Positions 10,340-21,620 of a DNA stretch of 64,000 nucleotides are shown here, piece after piece. Origin of the DNA: an uncultured archaeon (GTDB lineage Archaea; Thermoproteota; Bathyarchaeia; Bathyarchaeales; Bathycorpusculaceae); contig CAWALK010000019.1 in NCBI GenBank assembly GCA_963782915.1, positions 1-64,000 of the forward strand, given 5' to 3'. The notes under the pieces were generated by a model. It made no database searches and was not told where the DNA came from. It worked only from the letters and a program-made list of their open reading frames with translations. The position numbers and the translations under genes were made by a program. The number at the start of each line of letters is the position of its first letter. The stretch's first letter is position 1.

Positions 10340-13300
10340 ATGAAAAATAAAAAATCGCTTGTTTACACCTTAATCTTTCTCTTAACATTCACCAGCATAA
10401 TTGGTCTTTTCTCGCCTGCGCAGGCTGAAGATGTCTGGGTGGACATAACTCTGCCCTATACAATCATAGCACCTGGCAACTATCGAATAACTGCTCCCCT
10501 GTTCAGTGAAACGGTAGATGCTCAAGGTTTAATCATTGAAGCCAATGACGTAGTGGTCGATGGCCAAAACTACGCCATCAACATAACTTATGCTCAAAAC
10601 GGTGCCGCGCCCGCAGGAGTTTACGCTAAATCTCAATCAAACCTTCAGCTAAAAAACATCAACGTAACCAGCTCTTACTATGGCATATACACCGATTCCT
10701 GCACTAACGTTTCCATAACGAATTGTACAGCACAAAATATTTTCCATTCAGGAATCTGCGCATACAAAAGTAGTGAGTTTAATATTACAGGCGTTAACTC
10801 AACCAACTGTTATATTGGTGTACTGGCGTATGACAGTACAGGTTTTCAATTTCAATCCTGTAACGCCACTAAAGCCTATTGGGCTGGATTAGCAGCTTAT
10901 TACTCCAGCAACTTCACAATCAACTCATGCAATGTATACGACACTACCTACAGCAACGGCATATACGCTTACAGCTCAAACAACTTTACCGCCAAGGACA
11001 TCAACATTTCAAGAACTGCATGGAACGGGTTCTCAGCAAGTGCATCCAACAATTATTCCCTGCAAAACCTGACTATAGATACAAGCTACAGTCAAGGCTT
11101 CTGGGGTGGCAACGGCCAAAACGCCACAGTTACAAACTCCACATTCGATTCAAACAACGATAACGCAATCTACACATTCAACCTAACAGATTTCACTGCT
11201 GCATCCAACATTATCACAAACAACACACAGGCTGCACTCATCGTCGATTCGAACGCTACCTTTAGCAATAACTTTGTAGCTACAAACGGCCTCTATGCAG
11301 ACGCTTTTGGGGGTGGCTTCCAATCCACAAATAGCAACTGCACAATAACCGCTAACACATTCGACCGCAACTACGACGCCATCATATGGGACGCTAGCGA
11401 ACCAGCCGCACAAGAAACTTTCACCGTAGAAGACAACGTTTTCCAAAGCAACCATTTTACATTCTTCTTTAATTACCAACTTCCACTCGGTTCCACCAAC
11501 CAAAAATTAGTCTTTGGCAACAACTTAGTTAATGACACAGCTAACGTTGACCCCGTTGGAATTACTAATAACTGCATTCTGCCTTTTGCCGACCAAGTAA
11601 TCAACTTAAACAGCACCACACAACTCGGTTGGAGACCATACAGTAACGGTCCACAAATCAGCGGCAACTTCTGGGCATATCCCAATGGAACAGGATTCAG
11701 CCAAACAGGTACCGACGCAGACAATGACGGCTTCATCGATGCCTCATTCGACTTATTCAATGATGCAACTGTTGGCTCAGCTATCGATTACCACCCATAC
11801 AGCCTAGAATTCGACATTAACACTTGGGTACCATTCACTCTACCAGCCACCATCAGTCAACCCGGAAATTATAAACTCGCGTCTCCATGGAGCGGAAACA
11901 CGACAGGACTCGTTATCTCAACAAGCAATGTCATCCTTGATGGACAAGACTATCAAATACAGCTAAACCAAACTCAAGATATCTCCGCTATCATTCTGAG
12001 CTCTGGCAGCTCTAATGTTACGGTGCTAAACATCAACGAAACCGGTTCTGATTATGGTCTGTGGGCTGAAGGCTCAAATTTCATTGTACAAGATAGCGTG
12101 TTTACCAACAACACTTCAGGCGCAATATTTGCTTATCAAGCAACTGACTTCTCGATTCAACATTCACTACTAAGTAACAATAGTTATGGCGTATTTGCTA
12201 TCGATTCAAGCAACTTCTCAATTGTTGATTCGCATGTTCGAAATAGCAGCGCAGGCATCCAAACCATCAACAGCAGTGACATCCTCATAACAAATTGTTA
12301 CCTAAACAATAACACTCATGGAATATACTCCATCTCAGCCCACAACTTTACAGTAACAAACTGTTCCATCAAAAATAACACCTATGGATTGTTATCAGAA
12401 GAATCAACCAATCTATCAGTTAACGCTTGTAGCCTCAACGATAACGACGGCATCGGTTTCGGAGCAGTACTCGGTAACTTCACGTTAACAAACAGCCAGT
12501 TGAATAACAACTCAGTAGGTATGTTCGGCATCCAAAATGAACAATCTTACGCCTGCAATCTAAGCATAACAAACAACGACGTTGGCATGTATAACCTATT
12601 CAGTAACGGCACCATCGAAAATTCAGAGGTAAGCTACAATAAAGACTTGGGTATGGTTTTATTATTAAGTAATGCAACCGTTCGCCAATGTAGCATCAGC
12701 AACTGCACCATAGGTATAAGCGCTCAACAGTGCACTGGCCTCACCGTTGAGGACTGCAGCATAACAAACAACACCCAGACAGGCTTCAACGACTATTATG
12801 GCAGCAACACAATCATAAACAGTAATTTGTTCAGCCACAATGGCTTAGATGTGGCTTCAGCTTCTGGAGCTATAATGATAGAAGACAGCAACTGTACAGT
12901 AACCAACAACCTCTTCGAATGCAACTATGACGCTTTACTCATAGGCATCTATGACCGCGAATTAAACAACACCATAATCTACCATGGCAACACATTCAAA
13001 AACAACAACTACACATTCGACTTCAACTATCAACTCCCAAACAACTTCACAAACACACAAATCTACTTCTACAACAACCTCGTCAACGACACAGCATACG
13101 TTAATCCGGAAAGCTTCACACAAGACAACCAATATGCCCCACCAAGCACTGTATTTCACTTAAACACAACACTGCAAGCAGGACAGAGAGTCTACAGCAA
13201 CGGAGCAATGATTGGCGGCAACTACTGGGCATACCCCAATGGGACTGGACCAAGCCAAACAGGCATCGATGCCAACAAAGACGGCTTCATCGATTCAGCC

Positions 13301-14701
13301 TTTGATTTATTCGGCAACCAAACAATCTATGACTATTTGCCCTACAGCTCCAACTATCAAAAAAGCCTCATCTACACCGCAGGCACAAGCCAATCGCTAG
13401 TAGCTAATCAATCCTCAGCGTTGATTTCAATTCAAACCGTTGATTACTACGGAGCAATCACCCCCGGAACCACCGTAACCTTATCCTCCAACTCAACTAC
13501 TGGCAAATTCTATAGCGACGCAGCCTGTGCACAGGTAATCTCAAGCATAACCATCCCAGCCGGTTCAAGCACTGCCAGCTTCTACTACAAAGACCTCTCG
13601 GCAGGTACCCCAGTCCTAACCGTTTCCTCCCAGGGCATGGTTTTAGCAGCAACCGCCTTCACCATTGCTCCACACGCAACAGCCATAGACCACATCGCAA
13701 TCACACCCGACGCAGCAAACATCCAAGCGGGCACAATAATCAACTACACAACAACCGCCTACGACATATACGGCAACGCTTGGAACGTGGACGCCTCATA
13801 CACCGTTAACGGCGAATCCTTCACCGGAAACTCCTTAATGGGCAGAGAAGTCGGCGTATACTATATCCAAGCAACCTACGAAGCAAAAACCGCCGCCACA
13901 ACATTGACCATCACACCCGGCGCAGTAAACCGCTTCATCGTATTAACCCCAAACGTTGCAACTGCTGGCAACCCCTTCGTGATTAGGGTTGTAGCCATAG
14001 ATTCTCAAGGTAACATAGTTACGGGCTTCACAGGTCCAGTGACTCTAACTGTAAGTGGTAGCATAATAAGTCCAGCTTCATCTGGTACGTTTTCAGACGG
14101 CAGCTGGATTGGAAACGTCACCATAGCAGCCACTGGCACCTATACAATCAACGCCAGTGATACCAGCGGGCACTCAGGGAAAAGCATCTCAATCAACGTC
14201 AATGACGGCACAGTATCTCCGACTCCAACACCTACCCCAACACCGACACCTACACCAACCACCATACAAGCAACAACAGAAGACGGCGGCAAAATTAACC
14301 TCCAAATCAGCGGCAACATAACAAGCAACCAAATCTCCAACCTAACCATCACAACCAACCCAACCTCCAACACAGCAACAATATCCTTCACCGTAACTGG
14401 CCCAAGCGGCACCACCGGCTTTAGCAACATAACCATCCCCAAAACTTCGATTCCAACCGGAACAACCCCAACCGTAACCATAGACGGCAACACAGCACAA
14501 AACCAAGGCTACACCCAAGACAGCCAAAACTACTACGTCTGGTTCACAACAACTTTTAGCACACATCAGATACACATACTGTTTGGCGGAGAAGAAAATT
14601 CAGCAGCTCAAACACCGTTCGTTTGGATTGGCTTGATTGTTGTAATCGCAGTCATTGCAGTATTAATCGCACTAATGATTATGCGGCGAAAACAAGAATA
14701 G
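10340..14701 (+). CDS. Large cell-surface glycoprotein: two NosD/beta-helix modules, Ig-like region, PT linker, C-terminal TM anchor
   Basis: Signal peptide, many NxS/T sequons, duplicated modules, (PT)n at about 14215-14260, TM followed by RRK. Confidence 0.88.
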   Translation: MKNKKSLVYTLIFLLTFTSIIGLFSPAQAEDVWVDITLPYTIIAPGNYRITAPLFSETVDAQGLIIEANDVVVDGQNYAINITYAQNGAAPAGVYAKSQSNLQLKNINVTSSYYGIYTDSCTNVSITNCTAQNIFHSGICAYKSSEFNITGVNSTNCYIGVLAYDSTGFQFQSCNATKAYWAGLAAYYSSNFTINSCNVYDTTYSNGIYAYSSNNFTAKDINISRTAWNGFSASASNNYSLQNLTIDTSYSQGFWGGNGQNATVTNSTFDSNNDNAIYTFNLTDFTAASNIITNNTQAALIVDSNATFSNNFVATNGLYADAFGGGFQSTNSNCTITANTFDRNYDAIIWDASEPAAQETFTVEDNVFQSNHFTFFFNYQLPLGSTNQKLVFGNNLVNDTANVDPVGITNNCILPFADQVINLNSTTQLGWRPYSNGPQISGNFWAYPNGTGFSQTGTDADNDGFIDASFDLFNDATVGSAIDYHPYSLEFDINTWVPFTLPATISQPGNYKLASPWSGNTTGLVISTSNVILDGQDYQIQLNQTQDISAIILSSGSSNVTVLNINETGSDYGLWAEGSNFIVQDSVFTNNTSGAIFAYQATDFSIQHSLLSNNSYGVFAIDSSNFSIVDSHVRNSSAGIQTINSSDILITNCYLNNNTHGIYSISAHNFTVTNCSIKNNTYGLLSEESTNLSVNACSLNDNDGIGFGAVLGNFTLTNSQLNNNSVGMFGIQNEQSYACNLSITNNDVGMYNLFSNGTIENSEVSYNKDLGMVLLLSNATVRQCSISNCTIGISAQQCTGLTVEDCSITNNTQTGFNDYYGSNTIINSNLFSHNGLDVASASGAIMIEDSNCTVTNNLFECNYDALLIGIYDRELNNTIIYHGNTFKNNNYTFDFNYQLPNNFTNTQIYFYNNLVNDTAYVNPESFTQDNQYAPPSTVFHLNTTLQAGQRVYSNGAMIGGNYWAYPNGTGPSQTGIDANKDGFIDSAFDLFGNQTIYDYLPYSSNYQKSLIYTAGTSQSLVANQSSALISIQTVDYYGAITPGTTVTLSSNSTTGKFYSDAACAQVISSITIPAGSSTASFYYKDLSAGTPVLTVSSQGMVLAATAFTIAPHATAIDHIAITPDAANIQAGTIINYTTTAYDIYGNAWNVDASYTVNGESFTGNSLMGREVGVYYIQATYEAKTAATTLTITPGAVNRFIVLTPNVATAGNPFVIRVVAIDSQGNIVTGFTGPVTLTVSGSIISPASSGTFSDGSWIGNVTIAATGTYTINASDTSGHSGKSISINVNDGTVSPTPTPTPTPTPTPTTIQATTEDGGKINLQISGNITSNQISNLTITTNPTSNTATISFTVTGPSGTTGFSNITIPKTSIPTGTTPTVTIDGNTAQNQGYTQDSQNYYVWFTTTFSTHQIHILFGGEENSAAQTPFVWIGLIVVIAVIAVLIALMIMRRKQE

Positions 14702-14827
14702 CCAATATTTCTTTTTTTTATTTTTCTTTTTTCGAGCAACCTTCTTTGTTAAAAACTGGTTAGCGCTCGGTATTTGGGTCACGAACGGTTTATATCAAAC
14801 TTTAATCTAAAATAATTTGGTTTATAG

Positions 14828-15160
14828 GTGAAAGATATGAGCACTGAACCTTTCCATGTAACTGACTCCAATTTTGAACAAACACTCAAAACCAACAAAG
14901 TCGTGTTGGTAGATTTCTGGGCTAACTGGTGCGGACCCTGCCGAGCCCTCGCGCCAACCATCGCCGATTTAGCAAAGGAATACAGCGGCAAAATCTTAAT
15001 CGGCAAACTCGACGTAGACGAAAACCCTCAAACAGCCGAAAAATTCCAGGTTTTCAGCATCCCAACAATGATTGTCTTCAAAGACGGCCAAGAAGCTGAT
15101 CGCCTAGTAGGGTTATGCCCGAGAAACAAGATTACTGACGCATTAGCTAAGCATCAATAA
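14828..15160 (+). CDS. trxA: Thioredoxin
   Basis: LVDFWANWCGPC, SIPT motifs. Confidence 0.96.
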   Translation: MKDMSTEPFHVTDSNFEQTLKTNKVVLVDFWANWCGPCRALAPTIADLAKEYSGKILIGKLDVDENPQTAEKFQVFSIPTMIVFKDGQEADRLVGLCPRNKITDALAKHQ

Positions 15161-15164
15161 GCGC

Positions 15165-15803
15165 TTAGGCGCCCTTCATTTTTTCGAACATTTTCTCTAA
15201 GGTCCAGCGGATGCTACTTTTGAGTTCTTTTAGGCGTTCTTCATCGACGTTTTTGATGATTATTTCCCGGATTAAGTCGCCTTCGCGCACTATGTTGTAG
15301 CTAAACATTTTATCGGTTGTTAATTGGCCTAGGCGGACGAGTTCTTTGTCTTTTTCTTGCATTTTTGCGAAGACTTTTTCGACTAAGAAATTTGTGAAGG
15401 GTGGTGTGTTGACGCTGAATTTTTTGCTCTCGTCTGGCATGACATGGATTTGTTGTTTTTCGAAGTACATGAGTGCCAATGGTTCTTCGTTCATTGTTTT
15501 TAGGGGTATGACGGTTTCTGTTTCGTTGGGTGTTTCCGGTTTAGACGCTTCAGCAGCGGCAGCCGGTTTGGGCAAAACCACTTCTTTTGGAACTGGAACA
15601 GGTGCTGGTGTTGCTGCGGCATCTTTTATGTCGCCGCGTTTGAAGCCTTTCTCAAGCAAAATCGTGTTAACAGTATCCAGAGCAGCCTGAAGTTCTTTAG
15701 CTTCAGCGTTTAACTTGTCAAGCTGGTCTTCCAAGCGTTTCTTGAACGCAATCAAGGATTTCATTCTCTCAGGATCTTGCGACAAACCAATCAGCACCCG
15801 CAA
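15165..15803 (-). CDS. Hypothetical protein with N-terminal coiled coil
   Basis: 212-aa ORF; heptad-rich N-terminus, Pro/Ala linker, globular C-terminal domain. Confidence 0.75.
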   Translation of the reverse strand: MRVLIGLSQDPERMKSLIAFKKRLEDQLDKLNAEAKELQAALDTVNTILLEKGFKRGDIKDAAATPAPVPVPKEVVLPKPAAAAEASKPETPNETETVIPLKTMNEEPLALMYFEKQQIHVMPDESKKFSVNTPPFTNFLVEKVFAKMQEKDKELVRLGQLTTDKMFSYNIVREGDLIREIIIKNVDEERLKELKSSIRWTLEKMFEKMKGA

Positions 15804-15892
15804 CTACATACGCACTAGGTGCTTTATCAGTTTAACCTTTCTTGCGCTGAATATATCAAAAACGGTTTAGTTATTGCCGCAAGCAGAACAAA

Positions 15893-16204
15893 GAAAAGAC
15901 GCGGGTCTTTTGCTTGCTCTAAGGGCCTATCCCCCTTATTTATAGGCTCAACAACTGCATGGAGGTTTGGCTTTGGAGCGTGCGTTTGCGGGTTTCTGGC
16001 GTCTGATTTTGTGCGTTTGCAGGCGGGTTTACGGGGTTGCTAGGCGTCTGCACTGGTAGTTAAACGGTTAGGTGTTAAGCGGGGCTTTGTTGCTCTGCCG
16101 CACCCTCCCCTCCCTTATATATAGACAGAATTAGTGAATAACTTTGCAATCAGTGAACGCGCAATACGGTCGGGCACTGGCATGACCCATTCGGATCAAA
16201 CGCC
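15893..16204 (-). repeat. Composite dispersed repeat: A1 (16081-16204), C/A-rich spacer, A2 (15893-15958)
   Basis: Reverse complement contains CTATATATAAGGGAGGGGAGGG..AGCAACAAAG, then GAGCCTATAAATAAGGGGGATAGG..AGCAAAAGACCCGCGTCTTTTC. Confidence 0.8.
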
Positions 16205-16613
16205 CGCACCACACTGAGGAGCAACAGGTTGCCTATAAGCAATCTTCACAAACAAAAAAGCCCACTCTCCCAACCCACACCCAACAAACAATCCCCAAAC
16301 AAAAAAAATAACCAAGATAAAGCTGTGGATGCTATAATATGCCCTGTAGGGGCGGGCTTGGATTTGTCCGTAAATTCTTTTGTACATAATGCCAACAACT
16401 ATTCCAAGAGCAAGAATCATAATACATTAAATATTGCCTGCCGGCAAAATCTTAAATAGAAAATAAGTTGATAAGCGCTAACTTGACTGAAAAAGTACGC
16501 ATCGGTGATATTACAAGCAGTAGGGCTGCTATGGTTGATTCCTATGGCATCGATGTTTATGATTGCGGACGCTTGGAATTCGTATAAAAGCAAGGTTTAG
16601 CGGAGGATTGGAA

Positions 16614-17540
16614 ATGAAAGCAGTTATTTACGAAAAATATGGACCGCCGGAGGTTTTAAGCCTCAAAGAAATAGAAAAACCAGTTCCTAAAGACAACGAA
16701 ATACTGATTAAAATCTACGCCACAACGGTCGCGGCGGGAGACATAAGAATGCGAGGTTTCAAAGTTCAGTTATCTTTTTGGGTGCCTGCACGGTTAGCTT
16801 TAGGGTTAACTGGACCGAAAAGAAAGATCCTGGGGATGGAAGTGTCTGGGGTAGTCGAGTCAGTAGGGAAAAGTGTAGAAAAATTTAGGGTTGGTGATGA
16901 GGTCTTGGCTGCAACCGGATTTGGCGGGGGATATGCCGAGTATATTTGTCTTCCAGATGCAGACGTAGTGGGAAGAGTAGTTATCGAGGTTGCAAAGAAA
17001 CCGGCAAATTTGACTTTCCAGGAAGCTGCTGCTGTTCCCATTGGCGGTATGACTGCGTTGGCTTTTCTTAGGAAAGCAAACGTCAAGAACGGGCAGAAAG
17101 TTCTTGTTTATGGAGCTTCGGGAAGCGTTGGCACTTACGCCGTTCAGCTTGCTAAATATTTCGGGGCAGAAGTTACCGGTGTATGTAGTGCTTCAAATTT
17201 GGAGTTAGTCAAATCTTTAGGGGCGGATGTTGTGATTGATTACGCCAAAGAAGATTTCGCCAAAAATGGTCAGAGGTATGACTTGGTTTTCGACGCTGTA
17301 GGCAAAATTTCGCGTTCAAAGGCGAAGGGATCGCTGACAGAAAACGGCGTCTTTCTCTCCACTTGGGGGAATGGGGCCATGGAGCCAAATGATTTGTCAA
17401 CACTTAGCGGTCTAATTGAAGCTGGCAAACTAAGAGCGGTTATCGATAGAACGTATCCTTTGGAGCAAATTGTCGAAGCCCACCGCTACGTTGAAGCTGG
17501 GCATAAAAAAAGGAAACGTCGTCATAACCTTGTAGTATAG
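16614..17540 (+). CDS. NAD(P)-dependent MDR-family alcohol dehydrogenase/quinone oxidoreductase (C-terminal frameshift in a poly-A run)
   Basis: [34 protein letters not shown]. Confidence 0.9.
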   Translation: MKAVIYEKYGPPEVLSLKEIEKPVPKDNEILIKIYATTVAAGDIRMRGFKVQLSFWVPARLALGLTGPKRKILGMEVSGVVESVGKSVEKFRVGDEVLAATGFGGGYAEYICLPDADVVGRVVIEVAKKPANLTFQEAAAVPIGGMTALAFLRKANVKNGQKVLVYGASGSVGTYAVQLAKYFGAEVTGVCSASNLELVKSLGADVVIDYAKEDFAKNGQRYDLVFDAVGKISRSKAKGSLTENGVFLSTWGNGAMEPNDLSTLSGLIEAGKLRAVIDRTYPLEQIVEAHRYVEAGHKKRKRRHNLVV

Positions 17541-17628
17541 TTTGCCCGCGTAGGTGAATGATTGGCGAAATATCTACTAAGAGGCGGTTTAGGTACCCCT
17601 CCCCAAACAGGGAGGCCTCAAGAGTTGA

Positions 17629-18042
17629 TTACGTTTTTCGCCAAAGATAGAAAGCTAAAGCTATTATGACAAGTTTCCATACTGACCAGATTAGCCAAGC
17701 AACGTTTGGCTCAAAAATAACCCCCAGAGCAAGCGCGCGATTCACTACCGAAACCGCAATAACCAGAGGCGGTGCCCACTTTAATTTACTTAACAACCCA
17801 AAAACAGAAACAGCGTAAACCACCGCGTAGCCTAAAAGAATGGCGCTTGTTATCATAACGGCACCATTTTTTCCCGCAAAACTTGCAATCAAACCGCCGT
17901 ATACTGACAACTCTCCTAAGGAAGGGTCCCACAGAAAAAACACCGCAGCTAAAACGTCCCCAGCAATGTTGAGTATGACCAGAACTATCAGAATTTTGGT
18001 AATTAGGCTAGCATAATTTGGCTTTGAAGCTTTGGCGCCCAT
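17629..18042 (-). CDS. Four-TM membrane protein
   Basis: Hydrophobic 137-aa ORF; resembles 26599-26973 (I.GE/DV, IAIS..NR). Confidence 0.7.
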   Translation of the reverse strand: MGAKASKPNYASLITKILIVLVILNIAGDVLAAVFFLWDPSLGELSVYGGLIASFAGKNGAVMITSAILLGYAVVYAVSVFGLLSKLKWAPPLVIAVSVVNRALALGVIFEPNVAWLIWSVWKLVIIALAFYLWRKT

Positions 18043-18365
18043 GGCTTGCTTTTATGTCCCTTTTCTTTATTTAACACTTGTCTCGGAGCATACGCCCCTC
18101 ATCATAAAAACAAAGATCTCTCCTGTTATGCTTTGTTTTTGAGATTGTGCTTTGTCTCAGGATGGCGTTACCTGTAAGGATTGTAAGCGTGTTAGGGTGT
18201 TTGTAACTTCGCTCTTGCTTTTCACTGTTGTTGAGGTCGGCTAAGCCCTTGTGTGGGAAAAAGCAGATTAAAAATCGTTAAAAAACCCAAAAAGGAAACG
18301 GAGGGTTTTAGGTAATTAGTGCTTGTTTTGGTGTTGGGTTATTGTTTGGGTTGTAGATTGGTCGG

Positions 18366-20136
18366 CTACGGCGGGCTTTCGCCGATCTTTTTGAGCTGTG
18401 CATTGTACATTTCCACAATTTCTTTGGATGTGGTTGCGTCTTGTGGGCTTTTGTCGGTTCGGTATTTGCCTGTGAAGCGTGGGAATCGGATGGCTAAGCC
18501 GCTGCCTTTGCGGATGGAATCCATGGCTGCCATGTGAATGGGGCTCAATGTGACTTCTGCACCCAAAATCTCCAAGACAACGGCTGGTTCGAACCATACG
18601 TCTGCTTCGAGGGTGGATTTGACGCGGCTGTTTTTGCGCGGAACCACATGCTTCTGAAGCATCTCATGTAGAGTGGCGAGGTCTTTGTCTGTGAAGCCTG
18701 TGCCGCATTTGGTGACTGTTTCAAACGTGTCCTCATCTGGGTTATATGTAGCTAGTAGCAGTGCGCCGTATTGCCCGACCCGTTTACCCCTGCCATGAAT
18801 AGCGCCCACAACCACCAAGTCTACGGTGTCAGTCATTTCGCTGCGGTAGTCACGTTTGAATTTTATCCATAGCCAACCTCGGCTGCCGGCTTGGTAAACG
18901 GAGTCTTTGCCTGTAGATTTGCACATTACCCCTTCACAGCCTTCCGCGATGGCTTCCTCAAAGAAGTCTTCGAGTTCCTTGGGGTTTTTAACGAGTTTCT
19001 GGGTAGCTGCGTTTAAGCGGTCGTTTGGCTTAATAATTTCAACCAAGCCGTTTTCGTCTCTGCGGAAACGGCAACTGCGTTAAATCTTCACCGTTTACAT
19101 AGAGTAAATCGAAACTGAACAGCGAGATGGGGTACTGCGTGATGGCTTCTTCTACGCCGTATTTGCGCCGTCGGTGCATGAGTTCTTGGAAGGGGCGCAT
19201 GTCGCCTGTTTCAAGGTCCATTGCGACGCATTCAGCTTCAAAGATGGCTTCTTTAGCATCCAACTGTTCACGGATTAAGCTGACGACGTCCGGGTATTGG
19301 CTGGAAATGTTTTCTAGCCGTCTTGAATAGAGCATGACTTTGTCGCCGCTCTTATGTGCCTGCACCCGTTCCCCATCATACTTGTATTCCACGATGCATT
19401 TGCCGCCGAATTTCTCCAGAATCTCTTCAGGTACGCCTAAGCGTTCGGCAAGCATGGGGCGGATGGGTTCAAAAACCATAACTTGAAACTTCTCTATGCC
19501 TTCTAAGCCTTTTTCGGCGACGACGCTGGCGACTCTGCCAAGGTCCGAGGAAATGTTGTAGGCGCGCTCGATTTTTTCTCGGGCTTCTTTGCCGCCGCCA
19601 TACGCGATTGCGAGGGCGTCGAGTACGGTCATGTCTGCGATGCCAAGGCGCAGGTTGCCTGTTACGGTTCGAATCAGCCATTTTGCTTCTTTTGGTCCGG
19701 CATCAGTGAGGAGTCCTGAGAGGAGCGCCATTTTGGTATCCACTGTACCGCTGCCAGAGGTCTTCGCCAGCTTGTCGAGTGTTTCATAGACGCGTTCTAC
19801 GGTTAATTTTTTTGTGAAAAATGTTGATTGTTTGCGTTTTTGGAGCTGTTTTTCTGCGGTTTCGCCGATGTCGCCGCTTTTTTGCAGTTCAGATAGGATT
19901 ACGCTTTCGCTTCCGCCGGATGCGCGGATGAGGGCTTTGATGGCGAGTTTTTCGGCGACGCCCATTTCGATGCCCATAAAGTCCGGGTAAAGCTTGCCCT
20001 GTGTAAGGTAGACTACTCGTGCTATGACTTCTTTAGGTGTCTTCTTGAGCAGTTCAACTAGGTAATCGGTCATTTCTAGGCGTTTGGTTGTGGCTTCGAT
20101 TTTTTCGTAGGAGTCGGCGATTACTGCGTAATCCAT
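18366..20136 (-). CDS. lig: ATP-dependent DNA ligase (frameshift near 19045)
   Basis: EYKYDGERVQ (motif I), EGVMCK, RGWLWIKFK, IRFPRF. Confidence 0.96.
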
Positions 20137-20236
20137 CTTTTTTTCGCTCACAGAGATACTCAACCTGCAAGGTATTAAAATTTGCACCGCTTAGCAGTGG
20201 AATATTTTATTAATATAGTCAGCGCTAAATGCAACT

Positions 20237-20641
20237 ATGAACGCCGCAGTAGTTTACTTTTCCCGCACAGGCAACACCCAGAAACTAGCCCAAGCAATAG
20301 CCACGGAAGCAAAAGCGCCCATCTACGAATTATCCGCAGCAGACCCATCCAAAATCGCTAACATAGACGTTTTAATTTTCGGAACCCCAGTTGAAGGCTC
20401 AAGCCCCACCAAGGAAGCCATGGCATACATAGACAACCTGCCCGCAGTTACCGGCAAAAAAGCCATCCTATTCGTTACCTACAAAATATTTGGAAACGAA
20501 AGAACAATGAAATCTGTAGAGAAAGCCTTAGCCGCCAAAGGATATGAAACGGTCCTAAAAGTTTCGAAAAAAGGCATGAAACCCGATAAAGACACCGATT
20601 TCTCGGATGTGCTTGCAAAAATTAAAACAGTAATGGCTTAA
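20237..20641 (+). CDS. Flavodoxin family protein
   Basis: VYFSRTGNT FMN-binding loop, IFGTPV. Confidence 0.88.
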   Translation: MNAAVVYFSRTGNTQKLAQAIATEAKAPIYELSAADPSKIANIDVLIFGTPVEGSSPTKEAMAYIDNLPAVTGKKAILFVTYKIFGNERTMKSVEKALAAKGYETVLKVSKKGMKPDKDTDFSDVLAKIKTVMA

Positions 20642-20838
20642 TTAATCACTTAACAAAAAAAAGATTTTAAAAGTTTTCTAAATAAGTGATAACCCTAAAA
20701 ACAATTTGTTGAGAGCAGAATACAGTGCCTATTTAGTGGCAACGATAAATTGCAAATTTAGGGGTTGAAAACAGGAAAAAGGGAAACAAAAAAAATTCAG
20801 CCTAAAAAAGGCTCAAAAATTCTTTACACTACTATTCT

Positions 20839-20964
20839 TTATGCGCCATCGATTAGATGGGCTGTTCCGTCTGGACAGTAAACTTTGTCAAACACTTCAG
20901 TAATGTTGAAGCGTTTGCTGCATGCTCTCATTTCAGAGCATCCGTCGCAGTCTCGTGATAACAT
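20839..20964 (-). CDS. 41-aa Cys-rich microprotein (not in the ORF track)
   Basis: MLSRDCDGCSEMRACSKRFNITEVFDKVYCPDGTAHLIDGA, preceded by an AGGAGGAG Shine-Dalgarno. Confidence 0.65.
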   Translation of the reverse strand: MLSRDCDGCSEMRACSKRFNITEVFDKVYCPDGTAHLIDGA

Positions 20965-21182
20965 TCTTTTTCTTCTCCTCCTATTGTTATTCTGATATTG
21001 GAAGGCAACCATTTGTTACTAACCAGCATTATACCGGTTGTACATCAGTCGCCTGCCTGATATAGAACCCATGTTGAATGGGTTCGACTCTTTTATATAT
21101 TATCATAAAAATAAAAGCCGCATTGTGTCATACGATACTACGCACACAAGAGTAAAGTTAATTACCGATTACTTGCCACCTA

Positions 21183-21620
21183 ATGACGATGCATATGAAT
21201 GTTGAAGACTGCATAAAATTCGCCAACCAAAACCCCAACAGCTACATCGCCACAGCCGACGGCGACCAACCCCGCGTAAGAGGCATGCTAATGTGGTATG
21301 CTGACAAAACAGGCCTATACTACAACACCGGAGCCACCAAAGACCTCTACAAACAATTGAAGGCTAACCAAAAAGTTGAAGTCTGCTTCTTTGACCCCAA
21401 AAGCAAAAGCATGGATCAAATGCGAGTAACCGGACAAGTCGAATTCATAGAGGACATGAAAATAAGGGAGAAACTACTTGAAGCCAGACCCTTCCTAAAA
21501 CAGATGGGATTCGGCGCTGACAGCCCCAAACTGATCGTCTTTAGAGTCACCAAATGCACAGCGCATTTTTGGACTTGGGAAACCAACCTGCAACCCAAAA
21601 CATACGTTAGTTTCGGCTAA
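21183..21620 (+). CDS. Pyridoxamine 5'-phosphate oxidase-like FMN-binding protein
   Basis: IATADGDQPRVR, K.LYKQLKANQKVEVCF, MRVTG. Confidence 0.87.
   Translation: MTMHMNVEDCIKFANQNPNSYIATADGDQPRVRGMLMWYADKTGLYYNTGATKDLYKQLKANQKVEVCFFDPKSKSMDQMRVTGQVEFIEDMKIREKLLEARPFLKQMGFGADSPKLIVFRVTKCTAHFWTWETNLQPKTYVSFG

Noticed and set aside
14215-14262. ACACC(N)-type tandem repeat
   Set aside because: Encodes the Pro-Thr linker of the surface protein.
19039-19046. Naturally split DNA ligase or programmed frameshift (likewise pheT)
   Set aside because: One of about 20 similar breaks in unrelated genes, so an assembly indel is far more likely.
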